From: Bacteroidia bacterium | Lineage (GTDB): Bacteria > Bacteroidota > Bacteroidia > Bacteroidales > VadinHA17 | Reading direction: 5' to 3' | Assembly: GCA_026391555.1 (NCBI GenBank) | Contig: JAPLEB010000057.1 | Location: 17,934-81,933 of the forward strand | DNA length: 64,000 nucleotides | In this document: piece after piece, positions 38,202 to 47,030 of the stretch | Layout of the letters: each line of letters opens with the position of its first letter | Numbering within the stretch: the stretch's first letter is position 1 | The notes under the pieces: generated by a model | What the model saw: the letters and a program-made list of their open reading frames with translations, nothing else | Told to the model about the DNA's origin: nothing | Database searches by the model: none | Position numbers and translations under genes: made by a program

Positions 38202-39622
38202 AACGCAGCATTAATATATGGACCGGTATCGATAAAATCTCAATTGTCCTGTTTCTGCTAATGATTGTAATGGGATGGTTTAATATTTATGCTGCAGTTT
38301 ATAATGAAGAACGCTCTGGGTTACTGGATCTTTCACAACGATACGGAAAACAGTTTATCTGGATTATTGCATCCCTCATTCTGGCAGTTTTTGTGGTAAT
38401 TATCGATAACAGATTTTATTTCTTTTTTTCATGGTTCATATACGGCGCTCTCATGCTGCTTCTTATTCTTGTTCTTATTTTTGGGAATGAGATAAACGGG
38501 GCAAAATCATGGTTTGAATTTGGAGGGTTAACTCTGCAACCATCTGAATTTGCGAAGTTTGGAACTGCACTGGCTCTTGCCGGTTATTTAAATACAAAGA
38601 GACAGAATATGACAAGATTAAAAGTGATAATTCCTGCATCGGCGATAATAATTTTACCGGCACTTCTTACAGCCCTCCAGCCGGATATGGGCTCCTCAAT
38701 TGTCTATTTTGCATTATTTATGGTTCTTTTCAGAGAAGGTATGAGCCCCTATATTTTCGTATCGGGATTACTTATGGTAATACTTTTCTTTCTCACTCTT
38801 CTTATTAACAATCTCTACCTTACATTTGCATTAATTGCTATCGCATTTCTTCTGGTGTGGTTTGCAATACGAAAATGGAAATTGTGGTTTATAGGAGCAG
38901 GAATTTTCATTTTTATTGCCGTAACGATGTATATGCTTGATCGTTATGCATTTAAATCAATTGGAAATGAGCTGGTTATATTTATTTCTCTCATACTTTC
39001 AGGAGTAGCTTATGCATATTATATTTATAGCAAGAAAGCAGCAGCGGTTCTGATAATTTACTTGTTCCTTATTGGAAGCATCTTATTCGTTAATTCAGTC
39101 GATTATACCTTTAATAATATACTTAAACCTCATCAGAGGGAGAGAGTGAACATTATGCTTGGATTTAAATCAGATCCACATGGAACAGGGTATAATGTCA
39201 ACCAGTCAATAATCTCAATAGGTTCCGGAGGCTTAACAGGGAAAGGTTATTTGCAAGGTACTCAGACTAAGTTCAAATTTGTCCCGGCCCAGAGCACCGA
39301 CTTTATTTTCTGTACAGTTGGTGAGGAATGGGGTTTTACAGGGTCATTAGTAGTAATCAGTATGTATCTGTTTCTCCTTTTGAGGTTGATCTTTCTGGCT
39401 GAACGACAACGGTCTGTCTTTTCAAGAGTCTATGGATACAGCGTTGTCTCAATACTGTTTACCCATTTTTTTATAAATATAGGTATGGTCATTGGTATAG
39501 TACCGGTGATTGGGATCCCGTTACCGTTTTTTAGCTATGGTGGCAGCTCATTATGGGGATTTACTATTCTATTGTTTATATTTCTGAGACTTGATGCAAG
39601 CCGTACGGAGTATCTTGTATGA
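38198..39622 (+). CDS. rodA: Peptidoglycan glycosyltransferase RodA (SEDS family)
   Basis: LQPSEFAK, QPDMGS and SYGGSS SEDS motifs, with ~10 TM helices. The GTG start overlaps the mrdA stop. Confidence 0.85.
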   Translation: MKRSINIWTGIDKISIVLFLLMIVMGWFNIYAAVYNEERSGLLDLSQRYGKQFIWIIASLILAVFVVIIDNRFYFFFSWFIYGALMLLLILVLIFGNEINGAKSWFEFGGLTLQPSEFAKFGTALALAGYLNTKRQNMTRLKVIIPASAIIILPALLTALQPDMGSSIVYFALFMVLFREGMSPYIFVSGLLMVILFFLTLLINNLYLTFALIAIAFLLVWFAIRKWKLWFIGAGIFIFIAVTMYMLDRYAFKSIGNELVIFISLILSGVAYAYYIYSKKAAAVLIIYLFLIGSILFVNSVDYTFNNILKPHQRERVNIMLGFKSDPHGTGYNVNQSIISIGSGGLTGKGYLQGTQTKFKFVPAQSTDFIFCTVGEEWGFTGSLVVISMYLFLLLRLIFLAERQRSVFSRVYGYSVVSILFTHFFINIGMVIGIVPVIGIPLPFFSYGGSSLWGFTILLFIFLRLDASRTEYLV

Positions 39623-40234
39623 TCAGAAAGGTATCGTGATGCCGTGAGATATCTTTATTCCAAAATCCTTTTCTACATAATCAATAAGTTGGGGAAAAAA
39701 CTCCATAAAATCATCCTGTAGAGAGTAATAATTTTTTTTAAGAGCCCGCATGGCAAATCTTGTTTCGTTTGGAAGAGTTGAACGTTTACTTAACGTATTC
39801 AAAACATGACGGATCCCATTCTTTGTCTGATATGATTCAATCCAGTTGTTAATTATGAAAAAGGGCATCATCTCCCTGACATTTTCCGGCATTATTTCGT
39901 AATTGTTTACAAGTGCCCTGTAAAAATTATAAGTAACACTTTCAAGTGGTCTCCTGGAAAAAAAATCCCATTCCTTCGTCAAAAAATGGTCATAGATTAT
40001 GTCAGTTATAACCCCGGAATATTTATGATATTTCCTTGTGAAAAATATCTTGCTGCGGTGAACAACAGGATGACTATCGGTAAACCCATCAATATGGCGA
40101 TGAAGGATAATACCTTTTCTTATTAAATCAGGGTATTTAAGGTAATCGCGTCCTTTTACATAATCACCTATGTAATTACCAATGATTATTTTATCAGAAT
40201 CACCTGAAAGATATATGTGAGCAAGTACATTCAT
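39623..40234 (-). CDS. acpH: Acyl carrier protein phosphodiesterase-like protein
   Basis: The N-terminus MNVLAHIYLSGDSDKIIIGNYIGDYVKG matches the ACP phosphodiesterase family pattern (MN.LAH..LS....G....D..KG). 203 aa. Confidence 0.7.
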   Translation of the reverse strand: MNVLAHIYLSGDSDKIIIGNYIGDYVKGRDYLKYPDLIRKGIILHRHIDGFTDSHPVVHRSKIFFTRKYHKYSGVITDIIYDHFLTKEWDFFSRRPLESVTYNFYRALVNNYEIMPENVREMMPFFIINNWIESYQTKNGIRHVLNTLSKRSTLPNETRFAMRALKKNYYSLQDDFMEFFPQLIDYVEKDFGIKISHGITIPF

Positions 40235-40415
40235 AACATGACATAATAGTACAAAGAATTTGCCATATACCTTATCTTATTGAAAACATTTTCTTTAACA
40301 TGTTTTCAGCTAATACAAAAAACAATATTAACAGGTTATTATTCAAGAAATTAAAGCATAAAAACGGCATTTTAAAAAATACTATAAAATGCTCGGAATT
40401 CCGGTATGCAAATTA

Positions 40416-40423
40416 TACATTTG
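40416..40423 (+). promoter_or_regulatory. Candidate -7 box (TACATTTG)
   Basis: Exact TAnnTTTG match 65 nt upstream of the ATG at 40489. An AGGAGG lies 6 nt before the ATG. Confidence 0.3.
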
Positions 40424-40427
40424 TTGG

Positions 40428-40443
40428 TCCATTTTAAAATGGA
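40428..40443. promoter_or_regulatory. Perfect 16-bp palindrome TCCATTTTAAAATGGA (candidate operator)
   Basis: Self-complementary 16-mer 4 nt downstream of the candidate -7 box. Confidence 0.4.
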
Positions 40444-40488
40444 AATTCTTTCACAACAAATAAATTTCAAAAAAAACCAGGAGGATTT

Positions 40489-41826
40489 ATGACGAAGAAA
40501 AATGTCATCATAATTGGTGCAGCAGGTCGCGATTTCCATAATTTCAATACCTGTTACAGAGATAATGATTTTTATAATGTTGTTGCATTTACAGCGGCTC
40601 AGATACCAGATATTGACGGGAGAAAGTATCCAGAAGAGCTTGCCGGTAAATTATACCCAAACGGTATACCAATTTTTGCGGAAGAAAACCTTCCTGAGCT
40701 GATCAAAAAATATAAAGTTGTTGATTGTGTCTTCTCATATAGTGATGTAACTTACCAGAAAGTAATGGCTGTAAGCGCGATAGTGAATGCAGCCGGCGCT
40801 AACTTCGTATTGCTTGGACCTTCGGGTACCATGGTAAAAAGTACAAAGCCGTTGATAGCTGTTGGCGCGATAAGAACAGGTTGTGGTAAGAGCCAGACAT
40901 CGAGAAGGGTTATTGAGATTCTTATGAAAAAGGGTTTAAAAGTGGTTGCGGTCCGTCACCCGATGCCTTATGGTGACCTCAATGCACAGAAAGTACAGCG
41001 TTTTGCTAAGGTTAAAGACTTTGAAACGCATAAATGCACTATCGAAGAGATGGAAGAATATGAACCACACGTAGTTAGAGGAAATGTCATTTACGCGGGT
41101 GTCGATTATGAGGCTATTCTTCGTGCTGCTGAAAAAGATCCTGCCGGATGTGATGTAATTCTCTGGGATGGAGGCAATAATGATTTTCCATTCTATAAGC
41201 CCGATCTTATGATAACAGTTACCGACCCGCATCGGGCAGGCCATGAACTCAGGTACTATCCTGGTGAAGTCACTCTCCGACTTGCCGACGTGGTTGTGAT
41301 AAACAAGATGGATAGCGCTGCACCTGAAGCAATTCAGATCGTAAGAGAGAGCATTGATAAAGTTAATCCGAAAGCAATTGTTATTGATGGCGCCTCACCA
41401 ATCAAAGTTGACGATTCTTCTTTAATCAGAGGAAAGAGAGTCCTTGTAGTTGAGGATGGTCCGACGCTGACACATGGCGAAATGAAACTGGGTGCAGGAG
41501 TGGTTGCTGCCCGTAAATTCGGAGCTGCAGAAATTGTTGACCCACGTCCGTTTACAGTTGGCAGGCTAAGTGAAACATTCAGATTATATCCGAATATCGG
41601 AACCCTGTTGCCTGCAATGGGTTATGGTAAACAGCAGTTAAAGGACCTTGAAACTACAATCAACAACACCGATTGCGACAGTGTTATAATTGCAACACCT
41701 ATTGACCTGAACAGGATTATCAAAATTAATAAACCCAATACCAGGGTTTATTATGATCTTCAGGAAATTGGCGATCCGAATCTTACGCAGGTTATTGATG
41801 ATTTTGTGAAGAAATATAAGCTTTAA
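40489..41826 (+). CDS. P-loop protein of the predicted-GTPase / cyclic 2,3-diphosphoglycerate synthetase-like family (COG2403-like)
   Basis: 445 aa. A Rossmann-like N-terminus NVIIIGAAGRDFHNFN and a P-loop GAIRTGCGKSQTS. The family assignment is from memory. Confidence 0.55.
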   Translation: MTKKNVIIIGAAGRDFHNFNTCYRDNDFYNVVAFTAAQIPDIDGRKYPEELAGKLYPNGIPIFAEENLPELIKKYKVVDCVFSYSDVTYQKVMAVSAIVNAAGANFVLLGPSGTMVKSTKPLIAVGAIRTGCGKSQTSRRVIEILMKKGLKVVAVRHPMPYGDLNAQKVQRFAKVKDFETHKCTIEEMEEYEPHVVRGNVIYAGVDYEAILRAAEKDPAGCDVILWDGGNNDFPFYKPDLMITVTDPHRAGHELRYYPGEVTLRLADVVVINKMDSAAPEAIQIVRESIDKVNPKAIVIDGASPIKVDDSSLIRGKRVLVVEDGPTLTHGEMKLGAGVVAARKFGAAEIVDPRPFTVGRLSETFRLYPNIGTLLPAMGYGKQQLKDLETTINNTDCDSVIIATPIDLNRIIKINKPNTRVYYDLQEIGDPNLTQVIDDFVKKYKL

Positions 41827-43150
41827 TCTTTTTACCGGCTTCTTCAAAACCTGGCTTATTAAGCAGAGCGAACATATTCCCTTTATAAGCTTCAACACCC
41901 GGCTGATCGAAAGGATTTACATCAAGGATATATCCGCTTATTGCACAGGCCATTTCAAAGAAGTATATCATCTGCCCGGTATAATACTCATCCAAAGAAG
42001 GAATTGTAATGGTGACTATCGGAACATTACCATCGTTATGGGCAAGAGTTGTGCCTGTTTCAGCATTATGATTAACCTCCGAGAGTCTTTTTCCGGCAAG
42101 GTAATTAAGCTGGTCGGAGTCATCTTTTTCTGCCGGAATAGTAAGTTTTTTAGCAGGGTTTTTTACTGAGATCATTGTTTCAAAGAGAATTCTCTGACCA
42201 TCCTGAATATATTGACCTAATGAATGAAGGTCGGTTGTCATGTCAACTGAAGCTGGGAAAATTCCTTTTCCATCTTTTCCCTCACTCTCACCATATAATT
42301 GTTTCCACCATTCAGCCAGGAAATGAAACTTCGGTGTGAACCCAACCATTATCTCTATTGATTTACCACTCTGAAGGATAAGGTTTCTTGCAGCTGCATA
42401 AAGAAGGGATGGATTGGAAACAGCGTTTTTATTATTTCTTGTCAGCTCCTCCATTGCTTTTGCGCCTTTCACCAGCATTCTGATATCCAGTCCGCTGATA
42501 GCTATTGGAAGCAGGCCAACAGGAGTAAGTACAGAATATCGTCCGCCAATATTATCTGGAATAATAAAGGTTTCATAGCCGTTTGTTTCAGCCAGTGACC
42601 TGAGAGCTCCTTTTTTGGAATCTGTTATCGCAATGATCCTGTCGGCAGCGACAGCTTTCCCTACCTTTCTCTCGAGGTGATCTTTCAGTATTCTGAAGGC
42701 AATGGCAGGCTCGGTGGTAGTTCCCGATTTTGAGATTACAACAATCGAATAGCTTCTTCCATCAAGTATTTCAAGAAGATCCGACAAATAATCTTCGCAA
42801 ATATTCTGACCTGCATAAATCACATCGTGGTGTTTTGTCTTCAGAAGAGGCGAAAAGGAATGAGAAAGGGCTTCGATAACTGCTCTGGCCCCCAGGTATG
42901 ATCCGCCAATTCCGATTACAATTGTTGTATCAGAAATTGATCTTAGATGTCTGGCAGTTTTTTCTATTTTGTCCAGTTGGGGAAGGATATCATCGGGAAG
43001 GGAAAGCCACCCAAGAAAATCATTTCCCGGACCCGTGCCGGCATTAAGAGTATCGAGATGTCTTACCGATTGTTGTGCAAGAGCAATAACCTCTTCGGTA
43101 GAGATGAAGCCGCTGGCGTTTTTCAGATTGACACTTAAATTTTCCTTCAT
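41792..43150 (-). CDS. pgi: Glucose-6-phosphate isomerase
   Basis: IGIGGSYLGARA, GGRYSV and KQLYGESEGKD, typical of the short bacterial PGI. 452 aa. Confidence 0.9.
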   Translation of the reverse strand: MKENLSVNLKNASGFISTEEVIALAQQSVRHLDTLNAGTGPGNDFLGWLSLPDDILPQLDKIEKTARHLRSISDTTIVIGIGGSYLGARAVIEALSHSFSPLLKTKHHDVIYAGQNICEDYLSDLLEILDGRSYSIVVISKSGTTTEPAIAFRILKDHLERKVGKAVAADRIIAITDSKKGALRSLAETNGYETFIIPDNIGGRYSVLTPVGLLPIAISGLDIRMLVKGAKAMEELTRNNKNAVSNPSLLYAAARNLILQSGKSIEIMVGFTPKFHFLAEWWKQLYGESEGKDGKGIFPASVDMTTDLHSLGQYIQDGQRILFETMISVKNPAKKLTIPAEKDDSDQLNYLAGKRLSEVNHNAETGTTLAHNDGNVPIVTITIPSLDEYYTGQMIYFFEMACAISGYILDVNPFDQPGVEAYKGNMFALLNKPGFEEAGKKIKAYISSQNHQ

Positions 43151-43208
43151 TTTCCTTAAATATTATATTGAAATTATTTATTTCTTTTCAGCTTTAATAA
43201 CCTGATCA

Positions 43209-43216
43209 CAAAGGTA
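43209..43216 (-). promoter_or_regulatory. Candidate -7 box for pgi
   Basis: The plus strand reads CAAAGGTA, which is TACCTTTG on the minus strand. It sits directly after the upstream terminator, 58 nt from the pgi ATG. Confidence 0.3.
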
Positions 43217-43247
43217 ATAAAAAAGCCGTCGGAAGTAATCCGGCGGC
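43217..43247 (-). terminator. Rho-independent terminator of the DUF2807-like gene
   Basis: gccgtcgg (43225-43232) pairs with ccggcggc (43240-43247) with one G-U across a 7-nt loop. On the minus strand it is followed by TTTTTTAT. Confidence 0.6.
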
Positions 43248-43282
43248 ATGTAATAATGTTGGGAATATATAGTAATTAGAAA

Positions 43283-44002
43283 CTACCTGTTATGAACTCC
43301 ACCGGCACTTGAGGAATGTGCATCTACATATTTGGGATTACCCTGGTAGTTGATATCTCCGGCGCTTGAGGCTCTTGCAGTTATTTTTTCCGACACATTA
43401 ATGTCGGCATCTCCTGCACTTGACACTGAAACATCTGCTTCCCTGACCTTCAGATTATAAGCATTAAGATCGCCAGCACTGCTTAGATCAGCTTCAAGCC
43501 TGTCCGTCTCACCTGAAAGTGTTATATCACCTGAACTGCTGATATCTATTTCAATCTCTTTTGCATATACTTCCAGATTGATATCACCTGCACTGCTTGC
43601 TGATAATTTGAGTTTGTCACTTTTAACCGGTGTTTCACCAATAACATCGCCTGCACTGCTTGTCCTTACAGAGTTTACCTCTTTCATTGTAACATAAACC
43701 CTTTTTCTCTCTGCCTGACGGATGTTGACTTCGGTATAAACATGAAGCACCCCATCTCTTACTTCGGTAAGGATAAATTCATGAAGATTCTCATCTGCTT
43801 CAACTGAAATAGCCTCCTTATCACCCTGTTTCAGATAAACATCAATTCCGGCGCTAACCCTTATTCCGGCAAAATATTCAACTTTTCTTTCTTTTGTGAT
43901 AATATTGCCGTCTCCGTGAACGGTTTTCCTTATTTGTCCATGTGTAAAAGCCGAAATACTCAGGATAGCGATGGTGATTGTTAAAATTCTCAGGTTTTTC
44001 AT
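43283..44002 (-). CDS. Secreted repeat protein, DUF2807 / head-GIN-domain-like (beta-helix with SSAGD repeats)
   Basis: A signal peptide, then seven SSAGD/SSSGD/SSAGG repeats roughly 20 aa apart. Confidence 0.6.
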   Translation of the reverse strand: MKNLRILTITIAILSISAFTHGQIRKTVHGDGNIITKERKVEYFAGIRVSAGIDVYLKQGDKEAISVEADENLHEFILTEVRDGVLHVYTEVNIRQAERKRVYVTMKEVNSVRTSSAGDVIGETPVKSDKLKLSASSAGDINLEVYAKEIEIDISSSGDITLSGETDRLEADLSSAGDLNAYNLKVREADVSVSSAGDADINVSEKITARASSAGDINYQGNPKYVDAHSSSAGGVHNR

Positions 44003-44084
44003 ATCTCTTCATTTTATTTTTTTATCTCAAATCCGAAATAAAGACATGAAGAAAAATGGAATGTTGCATGAGAATCAAATTTTT

Positions 44085-45227
44085 TTAATGCCATTTGAAT
44101 ATTTTCAGTCCGGCAGAAAAAAACAAAACCCCGGTTGCCGTCAGGATTAAAATCGGCATTGCTAATTCATTATAACCTGCCCCTTCATTAAAAATACTTC
44201 TTATCCCGTCAGTCAGCATAGTTAACGGGAGATTTTTAATTACAGGAAGGCTCCATTCCGGGAAATTCTGGTAACTGAAGAATATTCCGGATAGCACCAT
44301 CATTGGCATCACCACTACATTAATTAGTCCGTTGCCAACTTCAGTATTGGATGTATGTGATGAGACTAACACTGCTAATCCGGCAAATGCGATATTCCCT
44401 GCCAGGAACATTAAAATAAGGGCGGAGATATCACCCTGTATTGTCATCTTAAATGCAAAAAGGGCGAATAGAAAAAGAACCAGCGATTCAATGAAATTCA
44501 TTGTAATCCTGACTGTTATAAGTGCAATAAGAAAATGTGATTTTTTCATCGGGGTAGCAACCAGTCTACGTAAAAGCTTTTTTGACCTCTTCTCAATTAT
44601 CCCATAGCTGATTCCCCACATGCTCGACATCATTACACCCATTGCTATCAGGCCGGGTACAAGAAAATCGATATATCTCGTTCCTGTAACAGTAAGTGGT
44701 ATTATTTCTGTATTGTTTTTAACTGTTAGTACTTCTCCTTCCCCTATGATATTACTGAGCTTAAGGTAAGTAAGTTGAGCATCGGGATTCACCGGATCGA
44801 AATGGTACTCAACCGAGTCGTTTAATCCAACAAGAAGTACATTAATTGTTCCTCTTTTAAGAAGTTTCATTGCCTCATCCCATTCCATATCGTAAAACAA
44901 AAAAATGGAGTTTCCAAGTTTTTCATCTTTTATAACATATTTCCATTGCCAGGGTTCCTTTTCTTCAGAGAGGTTCTTTTCACAATTCTTCTGAAGAAAG
45001 GCATCTATAACTGTATTATCTGATCCGGCCCCTGATCTCTCAGTGTTACTAATGATGGCAACTTTCCGTACTACAGCAGCTTTTTTTGTAAAAGCAAGTC
45101 CCAGCCCGAGTGACATCAGAATTGGGAATAGGATTCCCCAGAATAGGACTCCCGGTTCACGGATGATTTCCCGGAAAAGAGCAGACGTCAGCTGCCATAA
45201 CTGGTTAAATCTAAACAATCTATTCAT
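44085..45227 (-). CDS. ABC-2 type transporter permease
   Basis: 380 aa. An N-terminal TM helix, an extracytoplasmic domain, and five C-terminal TM helices. 8-nt overlap with the upstream ATPase gene. Confidence 0.75.
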   Translation of the reverse strand: MNRLFRFNQLWQLTSALFREIIREPGVLFWGILFPILMSLGLGLAFTKKAAVVRKVAIISNTERSGAGSDNTVIDAFLQKNCEKNLSEEKEPWQWKYVIKDEKLGNSIFLFYDMEWDEAMKLLKRGTINVLLVGLNDSVEYHFDPVNPDAQLTYLKLSNIIGEGEVLTVKNNTEIIPLTVTGTRYIDFLVPGLIAMGVMMSSMWGISYGIIEKRSKKLLRRLVATPMKKSHFLIALITVRITMNFIESLVLFLFALFAFKMTIQGDISALILMFLAGNIAFAGLAVLVSSHTSNTEVGNGLINVVVMPMMVLSGIFFSYQNFPEWSLPVIKNLPLTMLTDGIRSIFNEGAGYNELAMPILILTATGVLFFSAGLKIFKWH

Positions 45228-45972
45228 TTATCTTCCTTCCGGTTAGTGAGACAAACAGATCATCAAGTGTTTTATACCGGTGTTCTACTCTGTAAGGCAC
45301 ATCTTCAAGAAGTTGTTCAAGTGTTCCCTCTTTTAGAATTACTCCGTTATCCATTATTATTATATAGTCGCAAAGGTTTTCTGCTTCTTCCATGTAATGT
45401 GTTGTAAGGATCATTGAAGTCTCAGATTTTTCCTTCAGGCCACCTAAAATTTCCCAGATTTCCCGCCTGGCATTCGGATCGAGTCCTGTTGTTGGTTCGT
45501 CAAGAAGAAGTATTGCAGGATTATTAATCAGGGCAATTCCTATTGCCAGCCGCTGTCTTTGTCCGCCTGAAAGATTTACAACATACGATTTTCTCTTTTC
45601 TTCAAGTCCGACAATATCAATTATCTCGTTAACCCTTTCTTTTCCGAGATTAAAAAATGCGGCAAATAAAAGTAAGGTCTCAGACACTCTGAGTTTATCG
45701 ATAAATCTTGTTTCCTGTAGTGAAAGGCCTGTAATCTGGTGAAGTTCATCTTCATTTCCCTTCCACTTTTTACCCATGATGGTAATTTCGCCTTTATCGG
45801 GTTTCTGAATTCCTTCAATCATCTCGACGAGAGTGGTCTTCCCGGCTCCGTTTGGCCCAAGAAGAGCAACAAACCGGCCTTTGGGGATATAAAGATCAAT
45901 CCCTTTTACAGCCTGAACTGTTTTGAAGGATTTCCAGACGTTTTTTACCTCTATTACAAAATTTTCTGTCAT
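45220..45972 (-). CDS. ABC transporter ATP-binding protein
   Basis: Walker [10 protein letters not shown], signature LSGGQRQR and Walker B LLLDEPTTGLD. Confidence 0.9.
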   Translation of the reverse strand: MTENFVIEVKNVWKSFKTVQAVKGIDLYIPKGRFVALLGPNGAGKTTLVEMIEGIQKPDKGEITIMGKKWKGNEDELHQITGLSLQETRFIDKLRVSETLLLFAAFFNLGKERVNEIIDIVGLEEKRKSYVVNLSGGQRQRLAIGIALINNPAILLLDEPTTGLDPNARREIWEILGGLKEKSETSMILTTHYMEEAENLCDYIIIMDNGVILKEGTLEQLLEDVPYRVEHRYKTLDDLFVSLTGRKINE

Positions 45973-46121
45973 TTTTGTTTGATCAGTTTACTTCTTTAAC
46001 AGAATAAGTCCTGATTTGTTTAGATGGTCTTTCAGAATCCGGATAGCGGCAGTTGCGCTGCCTCCTGTAGCAAGCAGTGGATTTTTTAGCAGGTTTAACA
46101 TATTATTCTATTTTGTGGCTA

Positions 46122-46973
46122 TCAGGTATCCGACACAGGTTTATATCCGACATAGATTAAATATTGCTGTCTTTTATGTAGGAAATGGATATTCAGTCTG
46201 GCATTAATAACATAGAATATTCTGAAAGCTACATTAGTTAAAAACGATTTCCTTTTTATTTTTGGAATCCAGTTACGATAAATGCTCCATCCTTTTCTCA
46301 CCTGCTGAGATATATCTTCACTGTAATTAATTACAAGTTCAGATTTTAGGAATTCTTCTTCGTAGCGTTTTCTGTTCCAGAAATGATGAACCATTGGTTT
46401 GCCCCAAATTTTCATAATTCCTTCCCTTTTCTCACGGGTAGATAATATATCGGCTATCAGGAATTGTCCCCCGGGTTTTAGAACGCGGTGTACTTCTTTA
46501 AGAAATGCCGGTTTATCAGGATAATGAAAAGCGCTCTCAATGTTTAGCAGAGTATCTACAGAATCAGAAGGGATTTGCGTAAGGTTCTGGGCGTCATCTA
46601 CAATGAATTTTACATTATCTGCCCCGAGACGTTCTTTTTCACTGTTGGCAATTTCTATGTTGGCTATACTTAAATCTATTCCGGTTATGCTTAACGGATT
46701 AAAAACGGTATTTATGTACAGAGACTGAACGCCATTTCCACTTCCGATTTCCAGAATTTCTTTATTTTTCAGTGGTTCAAGTAATGAAACACAATAATCA
46801 GTAAGGTTTTTCTGTGCCTGGATGAAACTATCGGATTCCTTAACATAAAATGGATAATGAAGCATGGTGTAATTGGTATTTAACCGCTTGAGAGCCATGT
46901 TCATAGATTCATAATACTGGTCATTGGTAAAACCTGTCCCTGACAGCTTAAGTATTTTTTTCAGAAAGTTCAT
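46122..46973 (-). CDS. Class I SAM-dependent methyltransferase
   Basis: Motif I ILEIGSGNG, an acidic post-I residue (GIDLS), and VLKPGGQFLIAD. Confidence 0.75.
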   Translation of the reverse strand: MNFLKKILKLSGTGFTNDQYYESMNMALKRLNTNYTMLHYPFYVKESDSFIQAQKNLTDYCVSLLEPLKNKEILEIGSGNGVQSLYINTVFNPLSITGIDLSIANIEIANSEKERLGADNVKFIVDDAQNLTQIPSDSVDTLLNIESAFHYPDKPAFLKEVHRVLKPGGQFLIADILSTREKREGIMKIWGKPMVHHFWNRKRYEEEFLKSELVINYSEDISQQVRKGWSIYRNWIPKIKRKSFLTNVAFRIFYVINARLNIHFLHKRQQYLIYVGYKPVSDT

Positions 46974-47030
46974 TATAACTCGCTATTAATTTGTAAGTAA
47001 GATTAAGATTAAACGATTTGTAAATTGAAT

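Noticed and set aside
46016-46207. 63-aa plus-strand ORF in and next to the methyltransferase 3' end, including a small GGCAG/CTGCC hairpin (about 46050-46066).
   Set aside because: The ORF overlaps the minus-strand methyltransferase gene and has no motifs. The hairpin has only 5 bp and no T-run, which is too weak to call.
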